IMG/VR virus record: IMGVR_UViG_3300009709_000001 | Location: 317,336 to 381,335 of that record | Origin: a virus | Lineage: Duplodnaviria > Heunggongvirae > Uroviricota > Caudoviricetes | Length of the DNA stretch: 64,000 bases | Reading direction: 5' to 3' (one strand) | Shown: in pieces, positions 31,365 to 40,312 of the stretch | Numbering within the stretch: position 1 is the stretch's first letter | How the letters are laid out: every line of letters starts with the position of its first letter | The notes under the pieces: model-generated | Database searches by the model: none | What the model saw: only the letters and a program-made list of their open reading frames with translations | What the model was told of the DNA's origin: nothing | Position numbers and translations under genes: made by a program

Positions 31365-32612
31365 TTAGCGCTTGTTGGTTGCTGCGCCGCCCTTGACCGA
31401 CAAGTCGATGCCCATTTCACGAGCAGTCTTTGCCGTCATCAGGTCCACCAGATCAGTTGCACGGCTGGCCGAACCACCCGAACCCGATGCGCCCATCACC
31501 ACTTGCGGGCTCCAAGCACCCGGTTGTGCCTTCTCGATCGCCGCTGCGTACAGGCCGTTGATCTTGACCAGCGCTTCCAGCTTCTTGTCCAGTTGACCGT
31601 CAGCTTCCATGACCAGGCGCTTGCGAGTTGCTTCACCTTCACCGCGCAGCACTTCAGACTTCTTGAACGCTTCTGCTTCCTTGACTTGCGCTTCCGCGAT
31701 CGTCACTCGAGCTTGGGCTTCAGCAATCGTCTTCGCAGCCAGGGTCTTTTGTTCCCATTCGGCCTTGGCAGCGTTTGCCTTACCTTGAGCTTCGGCAGTC
31801 AGCGTATCCTGGTCGGCCTTCTTCGCAGTTGCGATGGCCACCACAGCCGCGTTCGTTGCCGCCTGTTGTTCCTGAATCTGCTTCTCGACACGGTCCTCGT
31901 ACTTGAAGCCCGAGATCGTCATCGGCAGCATCTGCACGTTGTACTTCTGCACATAGCTGGCCTGAGCACGCAGCGGAGCACCCTTTTCATCCTTGATGAT
32001 CTCGGTGACCGTCATGTCCTTTTCCACACCAGCGATGTCCTTGGCACGAACCACCACGCTTCGCGTCTTGTAGACGCCGTTCAGCGTTTGATCGTTCATG
32101 ATCTGCAGGAGTTCGTTGCGACGACCAGCTGCCGATTCGAACGAAGTCATCGTCGGACCGGAGAAGGTTGCAGCCGATTCCATGGAGCGTCGGATGGCTT
32201 GCAGCTCGAAGGCTTCGGCCGAACGGAACTCCTTGTGGATCTCGATCACGTCTTTCGGCGTCAGGGGCATCAGCCACGAGATGGAGCCGCAGAGTGCCGC
32301 GTTACCGCCGTCATAGAAACGAATCGCCAGACCAGCGGATGCTTGCGCATGAGCTTTGTCAGTGTCGTTCTTGGCGCAGGCCGGGTCGATGAACTTCAGT
32401 TCGTTACGACGCGGGTACTTGGTGACAGTGCCGAAGCCTTGCCATTTCCAGCCCGGGTCGGTATATACCGCCAGTTCGCCCGACATCGGGCTTTGGATCA
32501 CCATGATCTCCGATGCATCCAGGTTCTCCACCAGCATGGGCGCCGAGATCATCAGGAACAGGGCCACGAAAGCGGCACTGCCGCCAATCAAAACACGTTT
32601 CAAGGACATCAT
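31365..32612 (-). CDS. SPFH/band-7-like membrane protein (415 aa)
   Basis: N-terminal TM GGSAAFVALFLMISAPML, ~250-aa domain, then a long Ala/Glu/Lys coiled coil; family assigned from overall pattern, not one motif. Confidence 0.55.
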   Translation of the reverse strand: MMSLKRVLIGGSAAFVALFLMISAPMLVENLDASEIMVIQSPMSGELAVYTDPGWKWQGFGTVTKYPRRNELKFIDPACAKNDTDKAHAQASAGLAIRFYDGGNAALCGSISWLMPLTPKDVIEIHKEFRSAEAFELQAIRRSMESAATFSGPTMTSFESAAGRRNELLQIMNDQTLNGVYKTRSVVVRAKDIAGVEKDMTVTEIIKDEKGAPLRAQASYVQKYNVQMLPMTISGFKYEDRVEKQIQEQQAATNAAVVAIATAKKADQDTLTAEAQGKANAAKAEWEQKTLAAKTIAEAQARVTIAEAQVKEAEAFKKSEVLRGEGEATRKRLVMEADGQLDKKLEALVKINGLYAAAIEKAQPGAWSPQVVMGASGSGGSASRATDLVDLMTAKTAREMGIDLSVKGGAATNKR

Positions 32613-32857
32613 TCCTTCTTCTCCAGTTGTGCCTTACGGCGGTTGATTTCATCCAGTTCTTCGCGAAGGTGAACGTATTCACGCGCTTCTTCGAGCTCGT
32701 GCTCGGCAGCGTCGACCTTCACCTTCTGCTCCGTATCCTTGCGGAAATTCGGGAAAAGAGGAGTGCCGTACGCCAGCGGCAGACCGACTTGGGTTACGAA
32801 TAGAATCGCAACGCCAAACAGGGCGGCCAAAATCAGCAAATCAAGCAAAACAATCAT
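32609..32857 (-). CDS. small TM + coiled-coil protein (82 aa)
   Basis: MIVLLDLLILAALFGVAILFV; AGGAGA RBS; stop overlaps the SPFH ATG (ATGA). Confidence 0.6.
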   Translation of the reverse strand: MIVLLDLLILAALFGVAILFVTQVGLPLAYGTPLFPNFRKDTEQKVKVDAAEHELEEAREYVHLREELDEINRRKAQLEKKE

Positions 32858-32902
32858 TTTTCCATCTCCTGCGGCGCAAGCAAAATTGTTGACCGCAAAT
32901 GC

Positions 32903-32930
32903 ATTATAACAGTTACAGGAAGTGGGTCAA
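32903..32930 (-). promoter_or_regulatory. sigma70-type promoter TTGACC-16-TATAAT
   Basis: Minus strand ccagTTGACCcacttcctgtaactgtTATAATgcatttg; shares TATAATGCATTTG with the 25584 promoter. Confidence 0.65.
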
Positions 32931-33292
32931 CTGGCTTGCTTAGTGAGCCAGCCAAAAGATAGAATTTTAATTTCACGTTTTGCCTTTAGCATGCCGTGTT
33001 CTACCAAATCCGGACGAAATAGTGTAAATCTCCACCATCGTCGACATTTACCCAAAACATACATTCGATCACCCACAAAATTTCGACCTTCGAAAACGAA
33101 ATTAATTCGATGATGATTGTAGCCGGGCTTCACGGGATCCTTGTGCGTAGGCACAGACACCCCTTCTGGGATTTTGAGGAGGTAAAGATCGCATTTGAAA
33201 AATTCAGAAATCCAAAGCGGCATTTTAAAGTAACCGCTTCCTTGTCGACCTTCAATCCATTTAAAGCTCATCAGCCAGATCCTCAAGTTCAC
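32927..33292 (-). CDS. hypothetical protein (121 aa)
   Basis: ORF track; start uncertain (32-nt overlap with upstream gene). Confidence 0.5.
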   Translation of the reverse strand: MNLRIWLMSFKWIEGRQGSGYFKMPLWISEFFKCDLYLLKIPEGVSVPTHKDPVKPGYNHHRINFVFEGRNFVGDRMYVLGKCRRWWRFTLFRPDLVEHGMLKAKREIKILSFGWLTKQAS

Positions 33293-34337
33293 GAATCAAC
33301 GTAACAAGGGTACCATCCTTGCACTTGTTGAATACATTGTCGATTGTCCAATCGGCACCCGAATAGAAGACATGACTTGTCTTTCCAGACTTAATCACAT
33401 CTTCAATGCAATCGTAAATAGCCTGGTCGTCGTCTCTGAATGTATCACTCTTTAGCGCATCCAACGCCAAATTGGCAAGGTTTCGAGATTCCGCGAAATC
33501 TCTATTTGCCTTGTAACTCAAGAACATATAGTATCCTGTTCTTAGATACCTATCCTTTTTAATGGTATTCTCGATTGCTGTAGCCAAGCAATAATCGATA
33601 ACTCCCGCTTTTTCTCCGGGAACCGCTTTCTGTACTTCATCCAGGATGTTTACCCCGGCTTGCATCAATGTTGCAACAAGGCGCGGATTTCCCAGGATTT
33701 TCTTGTTAACAGTTTCGGTATCTTTTTCGATGCGAGCCTTCTTATCAGCTTCTCTAGTTTCAGTAAGCCAACGAGCATAGTTTCTCTCGTATTCCTGCAA
33801 CTGGTATCTGATTGAGGGAAGATTAGTTTTCGGAACTGTTCGATTCAAGTCGCCGATATAACCTGCAGTATGTGTGATCTGCTTTTTTGTGCGGCTACGA
33901 GAGGTGGGATATTCATAGGTGCTGTAATTCGGAGTAACACCCAGACGTGTCATAATTTCAGTAACACGCTCGACAATCTTCTTATTGTGATCAGCAAGAG
34001 GAATATTTTCGAGTTCAATGACCTCGATGTGAGCTTTCTGTGCTGCGATGGCAGCCAATACTTGCTTATCAATCTCTTCAAGACTAGTTCGTGTCCTAGG
34101 TCCCCATTGACTTGATGATTTCGGCTCATACAATTCCCGATAATCGGGAAGACTATTAACCGCATCTTTTAGTGGTAAAAATCCAACATTTTCGTCGAAT
34201 CCTGCAATTTTCTCTGCCTTGGCGAACTCACGTGTGACACGATCGCGCAAATCGACAAGTTTATCAAAGATTTGGTTCAATTCGGGATCAGTGCCGTACT
34301 TGAAGGGATTATCTTTTTTGGTAATTGGAAGTGTCAT
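33261..34337 (-). CDS. hypothetical protein (358 aa)
   Basis: ORF track; no motif recognised. Confidence 0.6.
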   Translation of the reverse strand: MTLPITKKDNPFKYGTDPELNQIFDKLVDLRDRVTREFAKAEKIAGFDENVGFLPLKDAVNSLPDYRELYEPKSSSQWGPRTRTSLEEIDKQVLAAIAAQKAHIEVIELENIPLADHNKKIVERVTEIMTRLGVTPNYSTYEYPTSRSRTKKQITHTAGYIGDLNRTVPKTNLPSIRYQLQEYERNYARWLTETREADKKARIEKDTETVNKKILGNPRLVATLMQAGVNILDEVQKAVPGEKAGVIDYCLATAIENTIKKDRYLRTGYYMFLSYKANRDFAESRNLANLALDALKSDTFRDDDQAIYDCIEDVIKSGKTSHVFYSGADWTIDNVFNKCKDGTLVTLIRELEDLADEL

Positions 34338-34340
34338 ATG

Positions 34341-34586
34341 TCACCAGGTAAGTCTAAGTTTTGTAATCAGTTCTGCTTGAGGGTGATTGATTAGCGGGAG
34401 TGGTAAACCAAACGGGCAATGGTCTCTTAGAAGAACGACATTCGTACAATAGTCGGAACCGTTATATACGGTAGTACCCCAGATATTCACAAACTCAAAA
34501 CCGATTGGAAATGTGGCTGCTTCAGCTGGGGTAATCAGTGCAAGTGTTTCATCCCATTTTATCATTTTGCTTTGAGGCTTCTTCAA
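34341..34586 (-). CDS. hypothetical protein (81 aa)
   Basis: ORF track; start uncertain. Confidence 0.5.
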   Translation of the reverse strand: MKKPQSKMIKWDETLALITPAEAATFPIGFEFVNIWGTTVYNGSDYCTNVVLLRDHCPFGLPLPLINHPQAELITKLRLTW

Positions 34587-34833
34587 ATAGCTCGTCTATC
34601 GTCCATCCATTATCGGAATAATAATTATGCCATTCTGATGACGGGCGCCCATGCGGCAATGGAGTTTTATCATTGTTAAGACGAGCCCACATCCTGATAA
34701 TCATTTGTATTCTGGATTCTCTTGAGCTACGGGCGAATATTGTCTGCGATACATGATCCACAACTTCAAGGAATGGAGTACGTGTCAGAAGACGAAATGT
34801 CTTCTCTTCCGGAGTTTCATTTTCGCGAACCAT
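34549..34833 (-). CDS. TFxxLxRTPF/GWT small protein family member (94 aa)
   Basis: KTFRLLTRTPFLEV ... DNGWTIDELFEEA. Confidence 0.6.
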   Translation of the reverse strand: MVRENETPEEKTFRLLTRTPFLEVVDHVSQTIFARSSRESRIQMIIRMWARLNNDKTPLPHGRPSSEWHNYYSDNGWTIDELFEEASKQNDKMG

Positions 34834-35131
34834 TTTTGGTGAACAATTCTTTATCTTCGTGTAATGGCAAGGTCACTCTACGCCGGCATTCATTTACAGT
34901 ATCAAACCATGTCCAATTGTGCTTTGCTAGAAATTCAGGACAAGAAAGTCTTGTCAGATTTTCTGTGGGATTACCCGAATACGACCAACGATAAACAATA
35001 TCGTCGAGTGTATAGTTTCCATAGTGGCAAAATTCCTTGATATAATCAGCAATCATTATCTCAAATGGGGTTCGTGTCAACGCCTCAAATGTATCGTCGA
35101 CTGTCGGGACCTTTTTACGAAATGGCCACAT
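34817..35131 (-). CDS. TFxxLxRTPF/GWT small protein family member (104 aa)
   Basis: DTFEALTRTPFEIM ... KHNWTWFDTVNEC. Confidence 0.6.
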   Translation of the reverse strand: MWPFRKKVPTVDDTFEALTRTPFEIMIADYIKEFCHYGNYTLDDIVYRWSYSGNPTENLTRLSCPEFLAKHNWTWFDTVNECRRRVTLPLHEDKELFTKNGSRK

Positions 35132-35313
35132 TACCGTGTATTGGAGTAATAGCCTTCAAGCCATGCAAAAAATTCATCAGTACCGTATTCGTATGGAATA
35201 GCACCAAGGCGAATTAGTTCCTGCATGTCCTTTTCAACAGGATTGTGGACAGCGTAAATAAAGCCTTCCTTCCAGGCTTGATATTCACGTGTCCCTTCGA
35301 CATAACTACTCAT
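35131..35313 (-). CDS. hypothetical protein (60 aa)
   Basis: ORF track; 1-nt overlap downstream. Confidence 0.5.
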   Translation of the reverse strand: MSSYVEGTREYQAWKEGFIYAVHNPVEKDMQELIRLGAIPYEYGTDEFFAWLEGYYSNTR

Positions 35314-35566
35314 TATTATCCTTTTTATATTTTACAGATTCATCTAACAATTCCCGAAATGTCCATCCATGTGATTTATAAAATTCAATCATTTTAACGG
35401 ACGGCCAACAATTGTCAGACGATAGTGTCCAATTTGTATAATGTCGACTCCAACCCCCGATAACCTCATCAATACTAGATCTCGGTGAATATCGAGAAAT
35501 TGCATATTCTATCACCTTAATAAAAGGTGTTCGTCTCAAGGTATTGAATGTATCATCTTCTGACAT
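35306..35566 (-). CDS. TFxxLxRTPF/GWT small protein family member (86 aa)
   Basis: DTFNTLRRTPFIKV ... SHGWTFRELLDES. Confidence 0.6.
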   Translation of the reverse strand: MSEDDTFNTLRRTPFIKVIEYAISRYSPRSSIDEVIGGWSRHYTNWTLSSDNCWPSVKMIEFYKSHGWTFRELLDESVKYKKDNNE

Positions 35567-35618
35567 ACATATTCTGAAAAATTAGCACTCGAGAAAATAC
35601 CCATCTATAAGAATTGGA

Positions 35619-36884
35619 TTAGCCCTTGACACATAACACCTGCTTCAAGGTGTGTACAACCTTGACCAAGTCAGTTTGGCTGAGCATCACATCGTCAATG
35701 GACTTATAGGCTGCCGGACTTTCGTCAATCATGCCTTCGTCCTTACGGCATTCCACACCTGCAGTGGCCGCCACGTGTTCTTCAACCGTAATTTCCTTCT
35801 TTGCTTTGGAACGGCTCATCTTGCGTCCTGCACCATGGCTGCATGAGCAGAAGCTTTCAACATTACCCAGGCCTTCAACGATGAAGCTCTTTGCACCCAT
35901 CGAGCCCGGGATGATGCCCAACTCACCAGCTTGTGCGCTTACCGCGCCCTTACGAGTAACGATCACGTTTTCACCAAAGTGAACTTCTTCGTTGATGTAG
36001 TTGTGGTGGCAATTGATAGCTTCCTTCGTGATCTTGAAGACAGGAAGATGACGAGTCAGCGCCGTAATAACCAGTTCCAACATTGCGTCACGGTTGCGAC
36101 GTGCGTATTCCTGCGCCCAGCTCATTGCCTCGACATAATCGTCGTAATGTTGGCTACCTTCCTGCAAGTAAGCCAGATCCTTGTTCGGAAGAACAATCTT
36201 CTGTTCTTCAGCGTCTTTCTGTGCCAGCTCGATAAAGTAACGACCGATTGCATTACCAATGCCGCGAGAACCACTGTGGAGCATAATCCACACATCGTTG
36301 TTTTCATCGATGCACAGTTCGATGAAGTGATTGCCTCCGCCCAACGAACCGAGCTGAGTACGCGCCTTCTTTTCAGCGTCCTTGACCATCTTGTCGATGC
36401 CAGGATGCTTTGCAACGATTGCTTCCAGGCCAGTCTTCAGATTCTTGAACTGGTTGTTCAGAACGGTGCGTGTATTTTGATGACCCTTGCCATTCAAACG
36501 GTCGGTACTGTGTTCGTCGAACCCAACAGGCACCATCAATTCGATTTCGGAACGAACCTTGTGCAGATTGTCCGGAAGCTGATCAGCAGTCAAGCTGGTA
36601 CGACATGCAATCATGCCGCAACCAATATCAACGCCAACAGCCGCAGGAATTACAGTGCCGTGCGTTGCAAGCACCGTACCAACAGTAGAACCAGTACCAA
36701 CGTGTACGTCCGGCATCGCAGCCACGTGCTTAAATACAAAAGGCAGTTTGGTAATGCTGCGAAGTTGATCGATCGCGCCGGATTCGACGGGGACGTGCTT
36801 AGTCCACATTTTCACATCAACAAGGTCTCCTCGAATTAAATTATATGGGAGATATTTCTCATCATTAATATCTTCTTGCATCAT
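35619..36884 (-). CDS. rtcB: RtcB RNA 3'-phosphate ligase (421 aa)
   Basis: HSGSRGIGN, CHHNY and CSCSHGAGR motifs; full length. Confidence 0.95.
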   Translation of the reverse strand: MMQEDINDEKYLPYNLIRGDLVDVKMWTKHVPVESGAIDQLRSITKLPFVFKHVAAMPDVHVGTGSTVGTVLATHGTVIPAAVGVDIGCGMIACRTSLTADQLPDNLHKVRSEIELMVPVGFDEHSTDRLNGKGHQNTRTVLNNQFKNLKTGLEAIVAKHPGIDKMVKDAEKKARTQLGSLGGGNHFIELCIDENNDVWIMLHSGSRGIGNAIGRYFIELAQKDAEEQKIVLPNKDLAYLQEGSQHYDDYVEAMSWAQEYARRNRDAMLELVITALTRHLPVFKITKEAINCHHNYINEEVHFGENVIVTRKGAVSAQAGELGIIPGSMGAKSFIVEGLGNVESFCSCSHGAGRKMSRSKAKKEITVEEHVAATAGVECRKDEGMIDESPAAYKSIDDVMLSQTDLVKVVHTLKQVLCVKG

Positions 36885-37558
36885 TTTTCCTTACAATTAT
36901 CGAAATGCCATCTTTTCATTTGGCTATTACCGCCAATTTTACCACAATATGGGCACTCAATTTTTATACGAGGAACTCTCATTTTTATTTTTTGTTCCTC
37001 GCTCATTGGTCTATTTTTACTAAATGGTTCTCTACCTTTGTTAGCCAAAGAAATTTTATTTTTCGTTTCTTGAGTTGTAATATGCCCCTTCAGGGAATTG
37101 GATCGTTTTATATTTTCTTCTATTGAAGGTTTTCTACCGGGTACACCTTTCTTAGATTTCGAAATTTTTTCTTTTGTAGAGGCTAAACACGGGCCGGTAC
37201 TCTTTCCAATTTTTGCTACAGACATTTTGGACTTGGCGGCTTCAGAATGTTTTCTTCCACCCGGACCTTCGCCGCCATCTGTTAGATTAAGCAACGGACC
37301 TTTACCGAGATCTTTTCTTCCAAATTTAGAAATAAGTTCTTCCTCAATTAAGTGCGCCAGTTCTTCATCGAGGCCAGAATAAATACCAATAATCGGAATA
37401 ATTTGGTTTCTTTCCATTAATTTTAATCGTTGTATTAATGGATGTTTTCCTTTTCTCTTTAAATGACTCCATGCACGACTATCTCTGCCTTTACCGACAT
37501 ATATCGGTTCATTATTTCGAGAAGGATCGTAGTAGATATAGGTGTAATAATTATTCAT
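36881..37558 (-). CDS. GIY-YIG homing endonuclease (225 aa)
   Basis: YYTYIYYDPSRNNEPIYVGKGRDSRAWSH; NUMOD3-like repeats; C-terminal CPYC...KRWHFDNC zinc finger; stop overlaps the rtcB ATG (ATGA). Confidence 0.8.
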   Translation of the reverse strand: MNNYYTYIYYDPSRNNEPIYVGKGRDSRAWSHLKRKGKHPLIQRLKLMERNQIIPIIGIYSGLDEELAHLIEEELISKFGRKDLGKGPLLNLTDGGEGPGGRKHSEAAKSKMSVAKIGKSTGPCLASTKEKISKSKKGVPGRKPSIEENIKRSNSLKGHITTQETKNKISLANKGREPFSKNRPMSEEQKIKMRVPRIKIECPYCGKIGGNSQMKRWHFDNCKEK

Positions 37559-37573
37559 TACACTATTTATCTA

Positions 37574-37663
37574 TCAGATAAGGTCAACAAGGTCGCCCTT
37601 GATCACGTTATAGAGGTAATCACCAACTTCGTCTTCGTCAATCTTCACTTGCTCAGTCATCAT
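37574..37663 (-). CDS. possible acidic micro-protein (29 aa)
   Basis: Hand translation MMTEQVKIDEDEVGDYLYNVIKGDLVDLI; ATG overlaps the stop of 37660..38082 (ATGA); fills the 100-nt gap. Confidence 0.3.
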   Translation of the reverse strand: MMTEQVKIDEDEVGDYLYNVIKGDLVDLI

Positions 37664-38082
37664 ATACCTTTCAATCGTTCAATGATGCGCTTTTCGCGCT
37701 CGTCGTAAACTTTCTCAGCCAACGTCATCATTGGCGCTTCCATCTTTATAATTGTACTGCAAACCGTTGTGTCGCTATACATGGTATCAGTGGTTTTTTG
37801 AATATTAGTCTCGAGAGTCGTTACTTCGGCCTGTTCGAATATACAATCTTTTAGAAGATGTTGACCATCCCATGTGCTGACACGATAGAGAGTGCTATCG
37901 ATATATTCCTCTGCCTCAAAGATACCTTCGTCAGCATCTCTCCAATGGCCACGCGCCTTCTGTAGTTTACGACCACGAGAACCATACAACGTTACATTCC
38001 ACAATACCCGGTTAGTTTTCGTATTTCTAATTCGAAATCTACGTTCGACTTCCTTAACCCGAACTGTTTTCTTAACCGTCAT
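37660..38082 (-). CDS. hypothetical protein (140 aa)
   Basis: ORF track; 4-nt overlap upstream. Confidence 0.55.
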   Translation of the reverse strand: MTVKKTVRVKEVERRFRIRNTKTNRVLWNVTLYGSRGRKLQKARGHWRDADEGIFEAEEYIDSTLYRVSTWDGQHLLKDCIFEQAEVTTLETNIQKTTDTMYSDTTVCSTIIKMEAPMMTLAEKVYDEREKRIIERLKGI

Positions 38083-38351
38083 CTTAATCTCTGGACGATT
38101 AAATCTTGCCGGATATCATCGACAATCTCCAGAATCCATCTCTCGCTCGGAACTTCTGTAAATTCGTATGCAAGAATTTGATGGTCGGAAAAATCTATCT
38201 CGACATTATTTTTGATCTGTTGTTCAATCCAATATTTTACTTCATGATAGTCCGAGGGCTCTACATGATAGGTGTAATGCGGACCGTTCCAATGATTTAG
38301 GATTGCAAATTCGTCAGTTGAGCGTTTTCTGATCTTGTAATATTTAAGCAT
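38079..38351 (-). CDS. hypothetical protein (90 aa)
   Basis: ORF track. Confidence 0.55.
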   Translation of the reverse strand: MLKYYKIRKRSTDEFAILNHWNGPHYTYHVEPSDYHEVKYWIEQQIKNNVEIDFSDHQILAYEFTEVPSERWILEIVDDIRQDLIVQRLR

Positions 38352-38676
38352 TCTTTCTTTTAAGTTTTTCTGCCACGGCTTCTAGGGACGCTTCTTCGAT
38401 TAGACTTTTTGCTGTTTCCGAAGGTTCGCGCACCTCCCAAGTCCATGTCTCAACTTCGAAATCATCTGCGAAGTCGATTTTCGAACATAGAGTTAGAAGA
38501 CGTTTTAGGTGGTCTATTGTTATTGCTTTACACACCGGCCTTGCATCATTACCGAATTGGGCATGAAGGCCATAATCCCCAATAGTTTTCTGCCAACGAG
38601 CTTTGGATATCTTTCCAGCTTTAAAAGCTGGAAAGATATTTTCCCGTCGACTTACGCTTAATCGCGTAATATTCAA
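38344..38676 (-). CDS. hypothetical protein (110 aa)
   Basis: ORF track; 4-nt overlap upstream. Confidence 0.55.
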   Translation of the reverse strand: MNITRLSVSRRENIFPAFKAGKISKARWQKTIGDYGLHAQFGNDARPVCKAITIDHLKRLLTLCSKIDFADDFEVETWTWEVREPSETAKSLIEEASLEAVAEKLKRKNA

Positions 38677-39281
38677 CCCTCGACTTCGTCAGCGCCATCG
38701 GCCATTTCCTTCTTCATGCGATCGATATTATCCTGAAGAATTTTGGCAACAAAGTCGTTAAAAGTCATATCTGCTTCATGAGCCAATTTCATTGCAGACA
38801 ACATCACATCGTCTTCCAGATTGATTTCAACCATGATGCGTGTATCGTAGGGTTCGCCTCGATACAATGCCGATGCCTTTTCCAACACGTCGGCAGCTAC
38901 TTCAAGATCAATGTATTTTCTTCCATCGATACTTTCTTCCGGATTTTGATTTCGTTCTTTGTGTTCGTTGAAGAGTGCTTCCTTGAAATCAGGACGGACC
39001 CAACGATACTCTCGATTATTGGCATAATCCCATATTTCCATCTCATACACAATATGCGAGCGCGTATCGTATACGACACTGATGCTACGACCATCAGCGT
39101 GTTTGCCGTCCCAATATTCCATGTGCATTGCATTCGGGCCATAACAATCGAACAAGAATGCATCACCCGTGGTGGCATCGTAATTGATGGTTTCCAGAAA
39201 GTCGGTAAGAGTAATCATGATTTTCAAAGTCCTAAAATTGGTGAAGTCAATATTGACACCCCTGCCAATTATTGACTTCAC
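38673..39281 (-). CDS. hypothetical protein (202 aa)
   Basis: ORF track; alternative start at MITLTDF (39218). Confidence 0.55.
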   Translation of the reverse strand: MKSIIGRGVNIDFTNFRTLKIMITLTDFLETINYDATTGDAFLFDCYGPNAMHMEYWDGKHADGRSISVVYDTRSHIVYEMEIWDYANNREYRWVRPDFKEALFNEHKERNQNPEESIDGRKYIDLEVAADVLEKASALYRGEPYDTRIMVEINLEDDVMLSAMKLAHEADMTFNDFVAKILQDNIDRMKKEMADGADEVEG

Positions 39282-39319
39282 ACTTATTACCTACAACTAT
39301 AATGCATCTTCAAGAAAAC

Positions 39320-40312
39320 TTAAAGAGTGCGCTTTTCAATATATTCATCAACCTCAAGTTTGGTAAACACTCGTGGCTCGATTTCTTTAAAGCTTGTTTC
39401 AGTCGCTTTGTAGAATTTCCAATTTTCGAGTTCAATGCAGGTTAATCCTGCCCAGCCCGGCGGAGGTGCAGAATAATCACCATACGGTGTACTTGTTGTA
39501 GGAACCGAAGCATATGCACAGGTATCGATATTAGTTTGACCATCCAATGTTAATGGATGCATCATAATAGTGTGGCCCGAAATAATATGCGACAATTCCG
39601 GATTAAAGTTATTAAGGCGCGGTCTGTATGCAACAAGTTTCTTTATCACATGACTTCTATCCGATGTATCATTTTTGTAGAACGGCATATAAAGGGCACG
39701 ATTCCACAAGAATGCATCACCATCGCCGGCGGTAATCTTAGCAAGAGCTTCGACATTGGATGCCTGTGATAATCTTTCATCGGTGATCTTACCTACGTTA
39801 AGTGGTAATTCCGCATGCAGAATATGATACTTTTTGCCTGCCCTTGTATTCACTGTGATGAGATATGGCATCTCATCAACAAGTTCTAACAAATCGATAA
39901 CTTCTTGATTTTCAGTAGTTGGATATCTGTGAGCAGGATCGTTATTCGGTAATTTGCTCGCCATATAATCGTTTACTGCTTCAGCTCCCCAGAAGCCACC
40001 GTTCTGAAACCAGTATCTACCCATGTATCCGCCGTCGAAGCACGATTGCATGAGTTGTTCATGATTGGCAAGAACAGGATGGAACCAGGGCTGACGAAGT
40101 AACTCTAGGCACTTCTTGCTTTCTGGTCCACGGTCGATTAAATCGCCTACAGAAAACATTCTATCCACTGTAGGATCGAAGTTTATGTTTTTCAGAAGAT
40201 TTTCAAATACGCGATATGCGCCGTGCAAATCGCCTATAACAAAGTCTCGTCCTTTCTCATTCGCCTGAAACGTCTTCAGGGGAAATTTCATTGTCGCTGC
40301 CATCCTTGTCAT
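39320..40312 (-). CDS. Ser/Thr protein phosphatase-family metallophosphoesterase (330 aa)
   Basis: VIGDLHGAY, SVGDLIDRGPES, LANHEQ, SGHT; start ambiguous (ATGs at 40312, 40303, 40291). Confidence 0.85.
   Translation of the reverse strand: MTRMAATMKFPLKTFQANEKGRDFVIGDLHGAYRVFENLLKNINFDPTVDRMFSVGDLIDRGPESKKCLELLRQPWFHPVLANHEQLMQSCFDGGYMGRYWFQNGGFWGAEAVNDYMASKLPNNDPAHRYPTTENQEVIDLLELVDEMPYLITVNTRAGKKYHILHAELPLNVGKITDERLSQASNVEALAKITAGDGDAFLWNRALYMPFYKNDTSDRSHVIKKLVAYRPRLNNFNPELSHIISGHTIMMHPLTLDGQTNIDTCAYASVPTTSTPYGDYSAPPPGWAGLTCIELENWKFYKATETSFKEIEPRVFTKLEVDEYIEKRTL

Noticed and set aside
31299-32672. 457-aa plus-strand ORF antisense to the SPFH gene (also 18251..19024, 19127..19669, 3578..4270 and 35931..36839)
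   Set aside because: All lie antisense to motif-bearing or well-supported minus-strand genes in GC-rich stretches. They have no start context and improbable amino-acid composition.
39272-39303. Plus-strand TTGACT ... TATAATGCAT, which would drive transcription antisense to the phosphatase gene
   Set aside because: The spacer is 20 nt, too long for a functional sigma70 promoter. It is kept only as a note because the -10 plus flank resembles the TATAATGCAT motif.
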